From Octopus vulgaris (taxonomy: Eukaryota), in contig OX597819.1 of the NCBI GenBank assembly GCA_951406725.2, positions 117,614,001 to 117,678,000 on the forward strand: 64,000 nucleotides of DNA. The letters are read 5' to 3'. Both the position numbers and the translations under genes were made by a program. Numbering within the stretch: position 1 is the first letter of the stretch; the number at the start of each line of letters is the position of its first letter. The notes beneath the pieces are model-generated. The model was not told the DNA's origin. It saw only the letters and a list, made by a program, of their open reading frames with translations, and made no database searches. This document shows, one piece after another, positions 41,923 to 56,742 of the stretch.

Positions 41923-42156
41923 AACATTGTCCCGAGGGAGATCAAAGAGGTAAACGATCCCGTCAACTTTAAACGGAGTCTGGATAGATTCATTCAAAGA
42001 ATACCAGATCAGCTACCAATAATTGGATACAACTCACCCAACAAGAACTCACTACTTGAACAAATCTTGACTTAAACAGGATTCGAATAATCCTACAAGG
42101 TGGTGCTATTAAGTTAGACATGGCCTGAACCAATCTTTGGTCGAAACATATCTAAG
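41918..42156 (+). mobile_element. CR1-group LINE 3' end
   Basis: NIVPREIKEVNDPVNFKRSLDRFIQRIPDQLPIIGYNSPNKNSLLEQILT* fits the N..P......FK..LD.F...PD.P ORF2 tail, followed by a short 3'UTR. Confidence 0.75.
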
Positions 42157-42217
42157 TTTTTATATATACACACATATATATATATACATATTATATATAT
42201 ACATATTATATATTTAT

Positions 42218-42285
42218 TTTTTATTTTATATTTTATTTTATCTAGTTTCAGCTCACGAGCTGTGGCCATGCTGGGCCACCGCCAT
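42218..42285 (-). mobile_element. Short LINE/SINE 3' tail related to the family A tail
   Basis: Minus strand GGCGGTGGCCCAGCATGGCCACAGCTCGTGAGCTGAAACTAGA(TAAAA)n. Confidence 0.65.
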
Positions 42286-42286
42286 T

Positions 42287-42400
<114 letters not shown>

Positions 42401-42792
42401 TATATACATATTAAAATTAATCAGTGGTGCTATATATAGAAGTTATATATGAGGCATAGAGTCATCGTGTATATGCAGACTGGAAGAAATTTTAAAAAAA
42501 ATTAATAAACTACAAAATATACCAAAAACTACAATATAGAAATTATTATATTTTTTTTCTATAAATTACACATTAAGATGTCTTCGAAGATAAGAAGCGT
42601 ATGAATGGAAAAAGTCAGCAGTTAAGTAGTTGGAATTTAAGAAAAAAAAAATGTATATTATGCCTGCTTTTCTGTTACTTTCTCTTTCGTCTCCCTTCCT
42701 CCTATCTGACTCTTTCTATCTCACAGTAAACGCATAATACATACATCGCTACATACATACATAATTATATATAACTGTATATATATACATAT

Positions 42793-42855
<63 letters not shown>

Positions 42856-42858
42856 ATG

Positions 42859-42931
<73 letters not shown>

Positions 42932-43290
42932 GTATGTATGTACACCCCGACAGTTCAGAGTGACTACGGTATCAATATCGCACAGCATGATTGATTCTCT
43001 TTTATATGTTGAATTCAATGCTTTGGCATCTTTACTTTTGGCAATGTTCAATATTTCTTTGACAAGAATATGAGAATAGACGTGAGACCAGACCAACTAT
43101 ATAGCTTTTTTTATTCACATTCATGTAACAAATAAAGTCAAGTAAGAATCCTAACAAAGTAACTTTAATCAATAGCATCCAATACAATGCTATGAACAAT
43201 TTGACGTACATTTCTTATCCATTTTCGTAGGTTCTACTTTACATATCCATACAGTTCATAAATTTACACACACACTAACACACACACAAT

Positions 43291-43334
<44 letters not shown>

Positions 43335-43369
43335 TACATATGTATACATATATATATGTATTCATATAT

Positions 43370-43443
<74 letters not shown>

Positions 43444-43672
43444 TGCATGCACATAAGAACACCTACATCAGGTACATTCGGTGCAGGCACACAAACCCCT
43501 AGATATGCACAGAAGCACAATATGTGTGTATGAATACTTATACATATGTATGGCTATTTTAACCAGTATATATATATATATACATATAGATATATACATA
43601 TACACATCCATGTGCGTATGTGTAACTGTATATATATGCATGTATATATATATGTATATATATATGTGTATA

Positions 43673-43790
<118 letters not shown>

Positions 43791-44518
43791 TACACACACA
43801 CACATATATATATATATATGCATGTATAATGTAAACAGATATATAGAATTTAAAGAGGGGAAAAAGTAACATATAGAACGATTCATATATTTATGAATCT
43901 ATTATATAGAGATTAGTTAAGTATACTATATTTTACTCAATTGAACAAATATAGTTATGCCCAAAATATTTTGCGTGCAAGTATATATTTGTATATACAC
44001 ACATCAAAGTTAAGGATTTTTGTATGCGTAGGACGTCATACGCATACCGACGCAAAAGAACAAACTTATATAAACACATCAAATATTATACTGCTAGCAT
44101 TTAGTTTTATAAGCTGGAACAATTGGTAAATGTAAACTCCTCAATTACAAATCGAAAGATTTTGAATGTCTCTAGTGAATATGGTGAAATATATTCGCAT
44201 ATTCCTATGTCAGTCGTTAACACTGAATTACGCCAGCAATGATTTCCTAAAATGAATTAGATAGTGGATTGAAAGCCTACGATAAATATAACCAAAAAAA
44301 CGCGGTAATCTTAGCAATTTTGTTTTGTTTTCGTTTCGTTTTTGATAGAAAGAAAGGAAGAATAAAAGAATGAAAAAATAAGACAGTCGTACAAAATTTA
44401 TATATATATATATATATATTAACAATTGAGGATAAAATCTTTAAAAGAAATTATCAGTAGTCAGCGTGAAAAACCTCGTAAGAGAAAAAATCCATAAATT
44501 CTTTTTCTTTGAAAATAT

Positions 44519-44675
44519 TCATATATATTATATTGAGGGTACTACTATTCGTAGATACCAACACGCTAAGAGGGACAATGCGGTCAAAACTACTAAAAAT
44601 AAGTATTATTTTTAGTAGTTTTGACCGCATTGGTCCCTCTTAGCGTGTTGGTATCTACGAATAGTAGTACCCTCA

Positions 44676-44690
<15 letters not shown>
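44519..44690. repeat. Near-perfect hairpin, ~84-bp arms, 3-nt loop (GTA, 44603-44605)
   Basis: TTGAGGGTACTACTATTCGTAGATACC...AAAATAA is mirrored exactly except for one 1-nt indel (GGGACAATG vs GGGACCAATG). TA runs at both ends. Confidence 0.95.
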
Positions 44691-44720
<30 letters not shown>

Positions 44721-44725
<5 letters not shown>

Positions 44726-45423
44726 TACAAAAATAGGACAAGAACGTATAACATTCAGACAGTTAGAAGATACATAAAATGGGACAAGAAAAACAAGGAC
44801 GGGTTGCTTAGAATGTTCTTTCGTCACTTGAGCTCCAGATTACCTTTGCAGTTTCAGCTGGTTATACCCGACGCTGTTCCAATCTGGCCATCCCCAACAA
44901 AAATCTAGGCTAAGAGCACTAGGTTCCTTGGAAGAAAGCAGCGAATGTATACGAAAATAAGGACGATAAAAACCGGAGAAATCGTACACAAATTCAAATG
45001 CAAAGAACCGTACATTAACAACATGTGTCTTTCGACTACGGATGAAGGACATTATGTTGGCGTGTGTGGAAGTGAAACCTTATGGCATGGAGATAAGAGG
45101 AGACCGGCATAGGAAAGAATATAGATATTGCACGGATGGTAATCGAACCAAGAATAAAAGGTCAGGCTTGGGCAAACACCGGTCACGTGGAAAGAGAAGA
45201 GGTAAGTAGTGGCAAAGGGATAGACTAATTAGGGAGGGACGAGAAAAAAAGAAAAGTGCCACAGCGAAGTGGAAGAGGAGGGATTGTGAGAATGAACAGT
45301 AGGCCAGAAAATGTAAGAGAGCGAAAGAAAGAAGAGTGAAAAGAACGAAGTGAGTGTGAAAGGGCTGGGAGAAAGAATGAAACAATGAGAGAGTGAAAGA
45401 ATGAAACAATAAGAGTCGTACAA

Positions 45424-45430
<7 letters not shown>
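44721..45430 (+). mobile_element. (TA)n-bounded composite repeat with GA-rich 3' part
   Basis: Its 3' end GAATGAAACAATAAGAGTCGTACAAACTTTATA matches 44368-44402. (TA)n on both sides. Confidence 0.5.
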
Positions 45431-45476
<46 letters not shown>

Positions 45477-47496
45477 TTGTGCGTGTGTGTCTCTGTGTGT
45501 ATGCGTATGTGTGTGTACTGCATGTCCATTTACGTATCACTATTTATACACGATTTAACTAATTACCAATCTTGTGCTATGCCATCCCACTTGAGTGTAG
45601 CAGATGCACTCTAAAGTAATTCGCCTTGAATGATAGAGTATGGACCCGAGTATTCACCAAACAATTATGTCGTTATAATAATTTTCAAATTATAATTACA
45701 ATAATTCTGATTATGACACAATATGCAATAAAGTTGACAGATCTGTTCCGTGTGGCTGTCACTCTCACATTTCTACAATTTTTTTCTAGTTGATTTCAAA
45801 TTTGTTGCGTTGATGTAGTTTTGTATGTGAATTCTTAACACGAAATTCCTTTTCGCCATGAATCAATGAATAAAGAGTTAATAGCTTTTAAATTAGCAAA
45901 TTCTGGGTAATTTTAGACAATTGACAGCCACAGACATAGACACCTCTCCCAGCGTAACAAACCTGGCGTTGGAAATCCTGTTTATGGAAATTCGCGCTTG
46001 TCTACAAAGTTATATTTCAATCATGTTCGATACCCACCACGTAAATGCTTAAAACTACAAAATATGTTTTGTTTGACCATGTTTTGCTTATTAAATGCTT
46101 CGAACACGTGCTATAGTCGCAATGTTGACATTATTGTTCTTTCGACATACGATTGCAGTCACACACAAAATGACATCTTCCAAATTCTGTTTTCTGACTG
46201 TGTAAAAATGATCACAGTTTCCGTTAATTTTTTTTTTCTGGAACAAATGAATTAGGCGTGAAAAATTACATCAATACACTGAATTTGAAACTTTTCATTT
46301 AATCTTAAAATCCCATTCCCACGGAAGAAAAAGAAAAAAAAAAATCAAAGATTCAAGCCAACCATTTGATTTATGTAAATCTTCACACGAATCTGCATCC
46401 CTGTTGTTCTTCCCTCTATCATGCAATGCACTCACACTAATATCTCTTAAAATGGACACAGCGATCTTCACTGCATTTTCTCATCTGTTAATAAGCACAA
46501 GTTGAGTGGTGATACATAACTATTGTGTCAAACAACTCGAAAGCTGAATGTTGTCTTGAAAATAAATCAGTAAACATTCCTTCTTTTATCTATTTCATTT
46601 GAAAACACCATTGCACTAAAGACCATTATGAACTTCAAACATACTCAATGTTGTAGGGTAAAGGAAAAACGGCGTACAAGATAAACGCAAATGATAAAAT
46701 GCGGTGTAAGAGTGATAATATTTCTGTGATACAGAATTCATTACGGGAATGTAATTTATGTAATCATATAGAAGTCAACTACTAAATAATTCAACTATCT
46801 TTAATTACAAAGCCTCTGTGAATTTCATGAAATGAAAAAGGAAAGCTACATATATTTTATCTTTGTTCCGTTATAGATTATAATTTTGTCCATATTTCTT
46901 AAGGTGTTAATCTTTTCGTGTCAATATGACCGATTCTAGCGAACGAGCACTGATATTTGTAAGTTCAAAAGGAAACGCTATGAAAACATAGTATTTATAT
47001 ATGATTTACATTCTTTAATTTCCCTCCGGTGTCCGATAAAATCACTGAGATACGTATCAGATATTCAAGTTAAATGTACATCTGATAAATATGCCATCTA
47101 ATATCCGTTAACCTTTATACTCTGTATAGAACGTGAAACGGCTTTCTTAATATCCTCTTCTCAGAAGAGCCCTAAAATATTTATTGAAAATTTAAAGTGA
47201 TCATAGGGTATCGGTGATAAAAAGAAGAAAGTAAAATTAAATTAGAATATGCTTATGATGAGCAGTTTATGTGACAAAGGATTTATTTTAGTTCAAACGG
47301 AACGTAAGTATATGCTCCACAGTATATTGTCTGATCAGCTTTTCACTTTATATCCGTTAATATTCCGTACTGAATATCGATATGAGAATCATGACGTTCG
47401 GATGGCTATTACAACATACCTATTATATGTAATAATAAGCCCTTCGATTATCATGTTTCTTTGCTACGAATATCATCCTCTTATCACTCTATATAA

Positions 47497-47572
<76 letters not shown>

Positions 47573-50500
47573 GCATATATATTTATATATATCTATATCT
47601 ATCTATCTATCTATCTCTATATATATGCACGTGTGTGCATTGTGGTAGTGTGAGTGCATGTGAGAGTGTGTGTTTGCGTGTGTGATCCTGTGTTTCTGTG
47701 CACACACAAATACTCACACACACACACTTGTATTGAGTGGTGGTAGGATGATATTCTTATATATACTTATATACAAATGCTATCATGCACAAATATAAAC
47801 ATATATCTGTGTGTATGAAAGAGAGAGAGAAAGTGGGAGAGAGAGAGAGAGAGAGAAAGGGAGAGTGTTTGTGTATGTGTGTATGTACATGTGTAAGCGC
47901 CATACATTTGAATAAAATCCTTCAAATCTGAAGATTATGCAGGATAGATTGTTTCGAAGATTAACAACTATAACGAATACCGCAAACTAAAAGCAACCTC
48001 TATATTTACATGAATGAGTCGGCCTACAATTCATTAGTTCATATTTGATCCGAATTCCGATATTGTTAGTTCTGTAGACTATAATGTAATAATGAGTATG
48101 GAGATATGATATCAGAACGGAAGTAAAATAATCATGTTATTGAGTACCTAGGAATTGCCATTGGGTTTGTGTCTATGTATTCCCCGGATTGAGAAATAGA
48201 AAAGAAATTAGACATCTCACATGAAAGATGCCAGAACGTACGTAGACATTCATATATGCATGTATGTATGTATGTATGTATGTATGTATGTATGTATGTA
48301 TGTATGTATGCATATATATATATATATGTGTGTGTGTGTGCGTATATATATATACATGTATATTTATAGGCATATATATGTTAATCTATATGCATATCTG
48401 AATGTATATACATGAATGTTTATATATTTATATGTATTTGTTCGTACGTATGCATGCATCCAGGTACGTAGATAATTTATATAAGTAGAGATCTGTAGAT
48501 GTAAAGAGATATTTACATAGATAGATGCTTATATACATACATATATATTAACATAAATGGAGATGTTTCATCTTTGATTAATGTATGCATTCTTTCATAC
48601 ATAATTGCGTACATACAGACATACACACGCGGACTCATATATATACATATGCGCAGGACGCGAATCTGCGCCTCTTGAATACATATTCATGGTTTCTTAA
48701 CATAAACTACATTTATATATACATGAAATATATTCACCAACGTGTCTATAGATGTAGGTATGGCATTGTATGTCTCATCACAAGTAGATTTCAATATCCA
48801 ACATTTTCTAAACTAATATTTGACTGTGTAAACTTCCTCTATAGACCAATTTCCTCTTTGTGGAAAGAATATATGAAAATAGATTAATAGTGCATATTTG
48901 AAAGCAAAAATATCTGAAAATAGAAAGATATTTAAAGAACATTTCTTTACCATCTCACACTTCGGTAAACATGACAAAATATTCCAAAAATAATGTAATT
49001 GTGAAAATATATAATAAAATATTTCACATTTCCATTACATTTGTCCGTTTGAAAAAAAAAACATATTTATTTGAAGGACGAGATACGGATTAATTCCAGT
49101 TCATGTAGTCTAGATAAAACGACTTCTTCAGATGTATGTGATATCATTTTATCGCTTATTTCCTGAGTTACACACACAAAACAGACATAAATGCATACAT
49201 ATATATGCGTATGTGTGTGTGTATGTATGCATGTATTATATATGTATGTGTGTGTGCGTTTGTGTGTGCTTATTGTGTATATAAGTATGGTTGCATTCGG
49301 TAATATTTTATTTTTATAAAGTGGAGAAAAATATTCAATAACTAAAGAATAGTGTGTATAGCGTGCAAGATTTTAAAGTTTACTCAATTGTAGCTCACGG
49401 TTTCAGGTTGCCGATTGCTCACAGATTACGTGCAAGGCTATCTCGTGGCAATATATAAACAAAATTGTCTTAAACGAAAAATAGAAATAACACTGACATG
49501 TGATTAGTCGACGAAATGTGTTGGTAACTGCATGGTATATGCACCAGTTAATTTACGCACTAAAACTTCAACTTTTCCTTTTTACCTTTTGCAAAATTGT
49601 TTGATATGCTCATGTTTTCCTTTCTCCATTTATAAAATACAAGCAAATAAAAAAACAAATATCAAGTTCGAAATTTTATAATTACACATATGTTTTCATT
49701 TTATAATTTATGCGGTTTCATGTTAACATAAAACTTTTTATGGTAATGGAAATAAATTACTGGCGTGGTTGTTAGAAATTAGTGAAGATTTATTTACCTG
49801 CAGCATTGAATCATTTTCTCATTTATGTTGCGCAGATAAACACTCATAATTCGATTAGATACTGTCTCAAAACATTCTGAAGCCAATAGTGCGAAGAAAG
49901 CAACGCTGAAGCATTTACACTGTCGTTTAATCCATTAATTAATAAGGTAACCAAATTTTCATTGAACTACATCTAACGTAATTCTAAAATATCGTATTGA
50001 TTTTGAAGTTAGGGTTCTAAGGTTGAAGGCAATTTGTTCATAGCCGTTATTAAAGCAGGAGCGAACCCTCCTTTAATTTGGCATTTGTTACTTACAGGCA
50101 TCTATAACTTTTATTGTTTTTCGTTGCACACGTATCGATGGATATTACACTTAAAATTCGTCCAACCAACAGCCGCATTGTTCAGTTTCTTGAGCTCTAT
50201 TTTCGTTTGATGTTCATAGGAACATGCCGTAAATAGAATCCATAATCCTATTTAGTGTACAACACTTGGCAACGCTAAATCTTACTTGGCAATGGTCTTC
50301 ATATTTTTGTTCATTTTCAAGCAGAATTCTTCCAACACGGTATATGATGCATTCAGTGCATTTTTAATCTCATCACAATGTATATACTTACAATCATACT
50401 TTGTCTACGCAATGATTGCTACAATTGTCTTCTTAGTGATAATGATCGCAATATGATACTCTCACAGCAAGGAATTTAACTTTTCTAATTTCTTTGAGTT

Positions 50501-51807
50501 CTTGTATATATATTCATTACTGAACATTCCTTTTATTTCAGTAATTCAGGATTGTGCTTAAACACACATAATTTGATAATGTCACCCATATTAGAACTAA
50601 AGTAGAGATTATTCAGTAGTCAGCGCATTTCTTAACAAGCGTGAGAGATGAGAAAGTATGTTTTACCCATGGCCTAGACGTTTACGACTCACAAACGTCC
50701 TCTTTTGGATTTTCCTTTCTTCTCTCAACAAAACACTTACCCGCAACCACTATATTTTATTATAGCTTCCATGAAGAAGAAATGAGCGTTACCATCATCA
50801 TTACTATTGATGATAAGAAGACTAGCAAGCAGCTACAATGACTGACATTTTTGTAAGGAGTGACAAAATCAACACACAACACCGGGCAAAGATATCGCAT
50901 AAAATACGCATACGCAAAGAAAGTATAATGAGTATCGCTAGGATCGTGCCCAAGAATATTTCAGCAGACAAATTTTGCGCATTATATATCGAAGAAAAGA
51001 ATGGTTGCAGGAAGTAGAAGATTGTGATTGTTTTTCTAGTTGGCAAAATTAAGAGAAAATCATTCACTACAGCGAAAGGCAATATTTAATAATACAGGTC
51101 GATTCTACAATGAGCACATTATCAGGGGATGCTTCACTGTCATAGTTTTAGAATTTCATCAATATTCCATCGTAACTGGGTCGGTTGTTAATGAAAATGC
51201 AGTGTTGTATAAGTCCTGAAACATACGAGTGGCGGTGGCTATGGTCAGCTGTTTTCGCACCAGAATAGCCGAACGCTAAACCTGATGAAGTAGAATGTAT
51301 GCTGCAAGCAAAGCTTGCGAGTTTGTTGGCAATAGGTTTGTAGCATTTGCCGAATACAGAAGGAACTACTCAAAAAATCTCCATGAACACCAACATGACA
51401 AACGGTACTCAGTTGCCTATAACTCTCGTAGAGTGAGTGCTCTATCACCACACGTAGTACCGGAGAGAAGTCTTGCAAAACTCAAGAGAAACAAAGGGAA
51501 TGGCAATAGTGTTGGCTACATAAAGACCTAATTAAATATTACAAAATATCACACGCATCAATAGTATAGGAGGCAGTGTAAAACATATAGGAGCAATATA
51601 AGTCGCTTCAACGATAACATTATAATAGCCAAGTGCCAAAAAACCTGGGGCATGAATATAATGTCATTGCGGGAACTGATAATTTTTGACCCGTAAATAA
51701 ATAAGTCAAAGCAACTACGGAAATAGCCGCAAATATATCATAAGCACAAAAACAGGTGATAGCTGTAGCAAAGGAACGGACCTCCCAAAAAATGAAAACA
51801 AAAAAAA

Positions 51808-52268
<461 letters not shown>

Positions 52269-52890
52269 CCAATAAACTTCAATGCAATTCGAGGAAGCAA
52301 ACAAGCAATGAATCTATTTCATAAGCAGACACAAGTAAAATTTTGGTGCCGTCTCAATGATCTTCGGCACCAACACTACCTTTTGCGAAGATGTCGAGTG
52401 ACACTCCGGATACAAAATAACCATTTGCGAGGGATTAGTAATTATATCGGAATAGATAAATATCTCTCACCGTGACATTTTTATATAGAAATGAAAAACA
52501 CGTTTATGCACTAGAGAACTCGATGCCTGCAATGAAAGAAACAAAAGAAGAGGGCTTTGAAGTGTTTTTTCGAAATCCCAGTCAAAGAAATCCTCAAAAA
52601 TGTCATGCTATAAACAAATATCTCGGATTACATAGGAATAATCTGTAGTTCGCCGAAGCAAGAATATTCGAGGATTTCTTGGAAACCATCAATTTATACG
52701 CTGCCAACAAAATGTTAGTTCTCCAAAATTTTACGTCCTGACCTTTATGTGAATATTTAGAGTAAGATGCTTACATATACGAGGTTTTCAGTAGTATTGG
52801 AAGCAAGATCAAAACCCATGACTTTGCTCAGATTTGTGTGAAACAAGATTTTCCGAGGGTTGTTGACATGTACAAACTCTGAGAAGAGTA

Positions 52891-53771
52891 TGCGAGCTAT
52901 GACCAATAAGTATCCGGACTATTCCCATAGTAACGAAGCTAAAGCCTGCACAGTAAAGCTGCTTAGCACACATTGACTCTGGACGCTGCTCGGCATGTGA
53001 ACTAAGTTTTAACGTTCTAGCTTACTTCCGCTGGTTAGAGCAGTGCTTGGAAGGAAGGTGTGTAGCGTGTGATGGTCGCGTACACCATGACAGTGAAAGC
53101 TGTCAGCGCGATACCTGCTCAGTGGCCTATGCTATGTTGCAAAACGTGTATGGAGTGGAGTGTATGAGCTACACACATGTTACGGGTGTTTCAGACTTTT
53201 CCAAGATGGCTGAAAAAGTGTTGATATTGACGAAAGAACTGGTAGACACGTAACCAGCAGAATTGAGAAAAACATCGCAGATGTGCGTGCAGATGTGAGG
53301 GGAAATCGTCGAATCACCTTCTCTTAATTATTAGAAGATGTACATATTACTTTCCTTATCACTGAAGATTTGCGTATTAGAGGCGTGACCGCCAAGTTTG
53401 TGTCAAAACTGATATGAGTTGACCAAAATAAAAAAGGGAAAAAAACACTCGGGTCTCAGTTGCACAATATCTGCATTATTGTGTGGAGAGCGATAAAAAT
53501 ATTTTAAAACGTTTGTGTTGGCCTCTGAGCAGGTATCGCCCAGCTCTTGGCAAAATTTCATGCAGATTCACTGCTGAACTTTGTCGTGGTCAGTGCAACG
53601 ATCAGGCGCTAAATACGTTCCTTCCAAGCACTGCTGTACATTAGAAAGATAAATCTTAGTGTACATGCACGGCAGGGCTCAAGGTTAATCTGTGCCAAGC
53701 AGCTTCAGTCTGCGTGCTTTAGCTTCGTTACTATGGCAACAGACCAGATACTTATTGATCAGACTACTATG
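52891..53771 (+). mobile_element. Defective mariner with long (~180-bp) terminal inverted repeats
   Basis: Inverted ends CAATAAGTATC.GG.CT...CCATAGTAACGAAGCTAAAGC...CAGTGCTTGGAAGGAA. Internal frameshifted DTCSVAYAMLQNVYGVECMS / FQDG*KSVDIDERTGRH..SRIEKNIADV...NRRIT / TEDL..R.V.AKFV. Confidence 0.88.
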
Positions 53772-54254
53772 TATATGGTTTGTAACCACTCTGGATTTAG
53801 TGGAAAAGTGACTAGATACGGACGAACTTCAGATAACATGGCGGTAGAATTAGATGAATGACTTCCATTGGTATAAAAGATACATTTTAAGGAAATGTTA
53901 TTCAATGGATTTTCATTGATGAGAACAGGTGAATTTCTTTCCGGATCTAAGAAAGATATCCTTGGGAAAATCGTCTCTTTAGACCTGGGGGGAAATTGGA
54001 TTTAAACACTAAATGCAGGGTTAGAGGGTGTGTTTATGCAAGTGGATATAAAGGCGTGTACACCTGTTCAGATTCTTACAAGTAGCTGACAAATATCGCC
54101 TGCATTTCTGGAATATATGCATGACCCTTGGACTTTCATTTTCTTCACAGATTTTCTTCCGTAAATTTAAATATAATCACCGCAAACCACATATAGAAAT
54201 AAAAAAGTTATTTGTTTCTTACAATGTACTTCTTGCATCTTTATAAAAGCGAGG

Positions 54255-54410
54255 GCTAAATTGACATAAGTTAGGCAGTTTTAGAGGTGAGAGACTAATC
54301 GATTCGATTACACCCACCGTAGTAATTGCCGGGTACTTCATTTCATCCACTTCACAATGGTAAAAATAAAATAAACCATGTTTGGAATTGAACCGGAACG
54401 TAAGTAGAAA
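54255..54410 (-). mobile_element. SINE family C, highly diverged copy
   Basis: GACTAATCGATTCGATTACACCC...GGTACTTCATTTCATC...GGAATTGAACCGGAACGTAA resembles the 20431-20800 unit. Confidence 0.5.
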
Positions 54411-54494
54411 GTTCATAATAGTAAAGTTATTTCTATTATACAAAAGATGAATACATATTTTGGAATATGCAAGTATTGGAGAAATGTATGCATT

Positions 54495-54775
54495 AAAGGA
54501 GCGTCGACTGCGGGGTCATTCCGAAAAGCTCTATCTGCGACGATTTCATCTCAATCGAAGGAGAGGGGCTTTCTTCGTCCGGGTTGCGGATCCGTGGAAC
54601 AAGCTGCTAGACGAGATGGTGAAGATGCCGACGACCGCTTTGTTCAAAGTCTCCCTTGACCTCAAGTGGCCTGAACTCTTTACATGAACACCAACCTCTA
54701 CGTAACTCCATGTCCCCCTACATGGCCTTGCTTTTTGCTTTTTGAGCCAAAAATTAACTAACTAACTAACTAACA
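54495..54775 (+). mobile_element. CR1 LINE 3' end with (TAAC)n tail
   Basis: RLRGHSEKLYLRRFHLNRRRGAFFVRVADPWNKL..EMV...FKVSLD fits the classic CR1 ORF2 tail (RGH..KL...F..RV...WN.LP..V...FK..LD). Stop at 54687; TAAC repeats at 54754-54774. Confidence 0.88.
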
Positions 54776-55682
54776 TATATTGCCCTTATCCACGATATTG
54801 TAATAAAATGGCGTGTTAACTATTGCATAATATACTACAAGAAAGGATAATGAATAGAGTTCTGCATTAGAGATATTATTATCAATAGTTTTGGTCGTTA
54901 ATCAGTTTGCAAATACAACACCCGTATTTCTTACTGTTGTGGAGCAGCTGTACTGTCTCAACTATTTCAAATTACAAATGATTAACAGAAAAAAATAAAG
55001 AAAATTTAGCCACCATTATCATATTTTTTAATAACAAGAACATCCATGCTCAAAGTAACCTTCATTAAAAATATATTATTTCTTTAGGAGATTTTAGTGC
55101 AAGAAATTAATTTCCGCTCAATCGTTAAGTTAAAATATACGTACATATGCACTTTAAGTGCTTTTCCATAGGAAGCATATCCCCATAACTTTAAATTATG
55201 GGTACTATCGATACGTAATGAATGGGTATGATTAAGGGAGATAACAGGAAAACGCCTGTTGCTTAAAATATCGCGAACTTCTACTAAGATAGAAAAACCA
55301 GCCATATTTATTTAAATTAATGCTGACTCGACAGTGATTCTGTGTGGAAGCGCAATGCAGAGTTTATAACTTAATAATATATTGCTTATATATTATCAAA
55401 CGTTATCTCAACAATTTAAACTCTATGCTCAGTGTCATATTTAAGTTCGTCCCTATTTCTAAAAAAAAGAAAAATTCAGATATGTGTATACTTAAATTTA
55501 CAAATGATAGATGTGGATCGTAAATATTGAATATAATAGCCTCCACTTTCTTTCTATCTATCTAAATATAGCTTTCAATTTATGAGCACGTGTAATAAAT
55601 ACTTTTGAAAATAAACTAATATGCATCTATTTCACGTTGTTTATAGATATATGTAAGAGCTAATGCGTGTGTTTGTGTGTGT

Positions 55683-55747
<65 letters not shown>

Positions 55748-55750
55748 CAT

Positions 55751-55820
55751 ATGGTGTTTTGGTTAAGAGAGCAGGCTACTAACCCCAAAATTCCAAGTTC
55801 GATTCTAGGCAGTGACCTGA
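55751..55820 (+). mobile_element. Short tRNA-derived SINE / tRNA pseudogene followed by (AAT)n
   Basis: TGGTGTTTTGGTTAAGAG (A-box-like), GGCTACTAACC (anticodon-loop-like), AAGTTCGATTCT (B-box-like), then a TAA-repeat tail. Confidence 0.55.
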
Positions 55821-55837
55821 ATAATAATAATAATAAT

Positions 55838-55868
<31 letters not shown>

Positions 55869-56018
55869 GATAAATAAATAAATAAATAGATAAATAAATC
55901 ATTATCTCTGGCTGCCCAGTCCTGGCTAAAAAGGAATATAAAGGGCAATGCACATTCTCATACTTATTTAATATGTATGAGAATGTGCATTATCCGTTTT
56001 AATTTTCAAAATACTATA

Positions 56019-56106
56019 TGTAGCTGAAGATTGCTCGACATTTTAAAACTGACGTAATACTTACAGTGTTTAATAGAATGAAGTAGCATGAAACAATTCT
56101 ACTACA
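56019..56106 (+). ncRNA. Imperfect type-I hammerhead candidate
   Basis: TGTAG-CTGAAGA-TTGCT...AGCAT-GAAA-CAATTC-TA^CTACA. Stem I is 5 bp, but the base of stem II is a T-T mismatch and stem III has one mismatch. Confidence 0.45.
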
Positions 56107-56134
56107 CTACCTTGGATATCCTTGTTACTTATTT

Positions 56135-56170
<36 letters not shown>

Positions 56171-56261
56171 AAATAAGTAACAAGGATATCCAAGGTAGTG
56201 TAGTAGAATTGTTTCATGCTACTTCATTCTATTAAACACTGTAAGTATTACGTCAGTTTTA
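56044..56261. repeat. Perfect palindrome centred on (AT)n at 56137-56168
   Basis: The 93-bp arms are identical with no mismatch; a garbled mirror image continues to about 56740. Confidence 0.9.
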
Positions 56262-56496
56262 TATATGTGTGTAATGTGTGCATTGTATATATGTATATTG
56301 TATTTATATATACATGAAAATGTAAAACGGATATATATGTATGCATTCTCATACATGTTATGTGTGTGTGTGTCTAAATAATGTATGAGTAATGTGCATT
56401 GTATGTATGTATATTGTGTTTATTGCCAGGACTATGTATGTGTATGTAAACACTATTTATATGTATATATGTATATTTATTTATTTATCTATTATA

Positions 56497-56536
<40 letters not shown>

Positions 56537-56604
56537 TATTATTATTATTATTATATGCTAGGTCATTTGTGTAGATATCGATATTATGGATATTTTGGTG
56601 TTAG

Positions 56605-56742
<138 letters not shown>

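Noticed and set aside
42945-43096. Minus-strand 50-codon non-repetitive ORF segment ([19 protein letters not shown]...)
   Set aside because: No recognisable homology and no good splice donor.
50770-51530. Coding-like composition, possible old LINE endonuclease (SAVFAPE...DEVE)
   Set aside because: Multiple stops in all frames and too little motif evidence.
55751-55820. Functional tRNA gene
   Set aside because: Acceptor and anticodon stems do not pair properly, and it is followed by a TAA tail rather than a T-run terminator; treated as a SINE or pseudogene.
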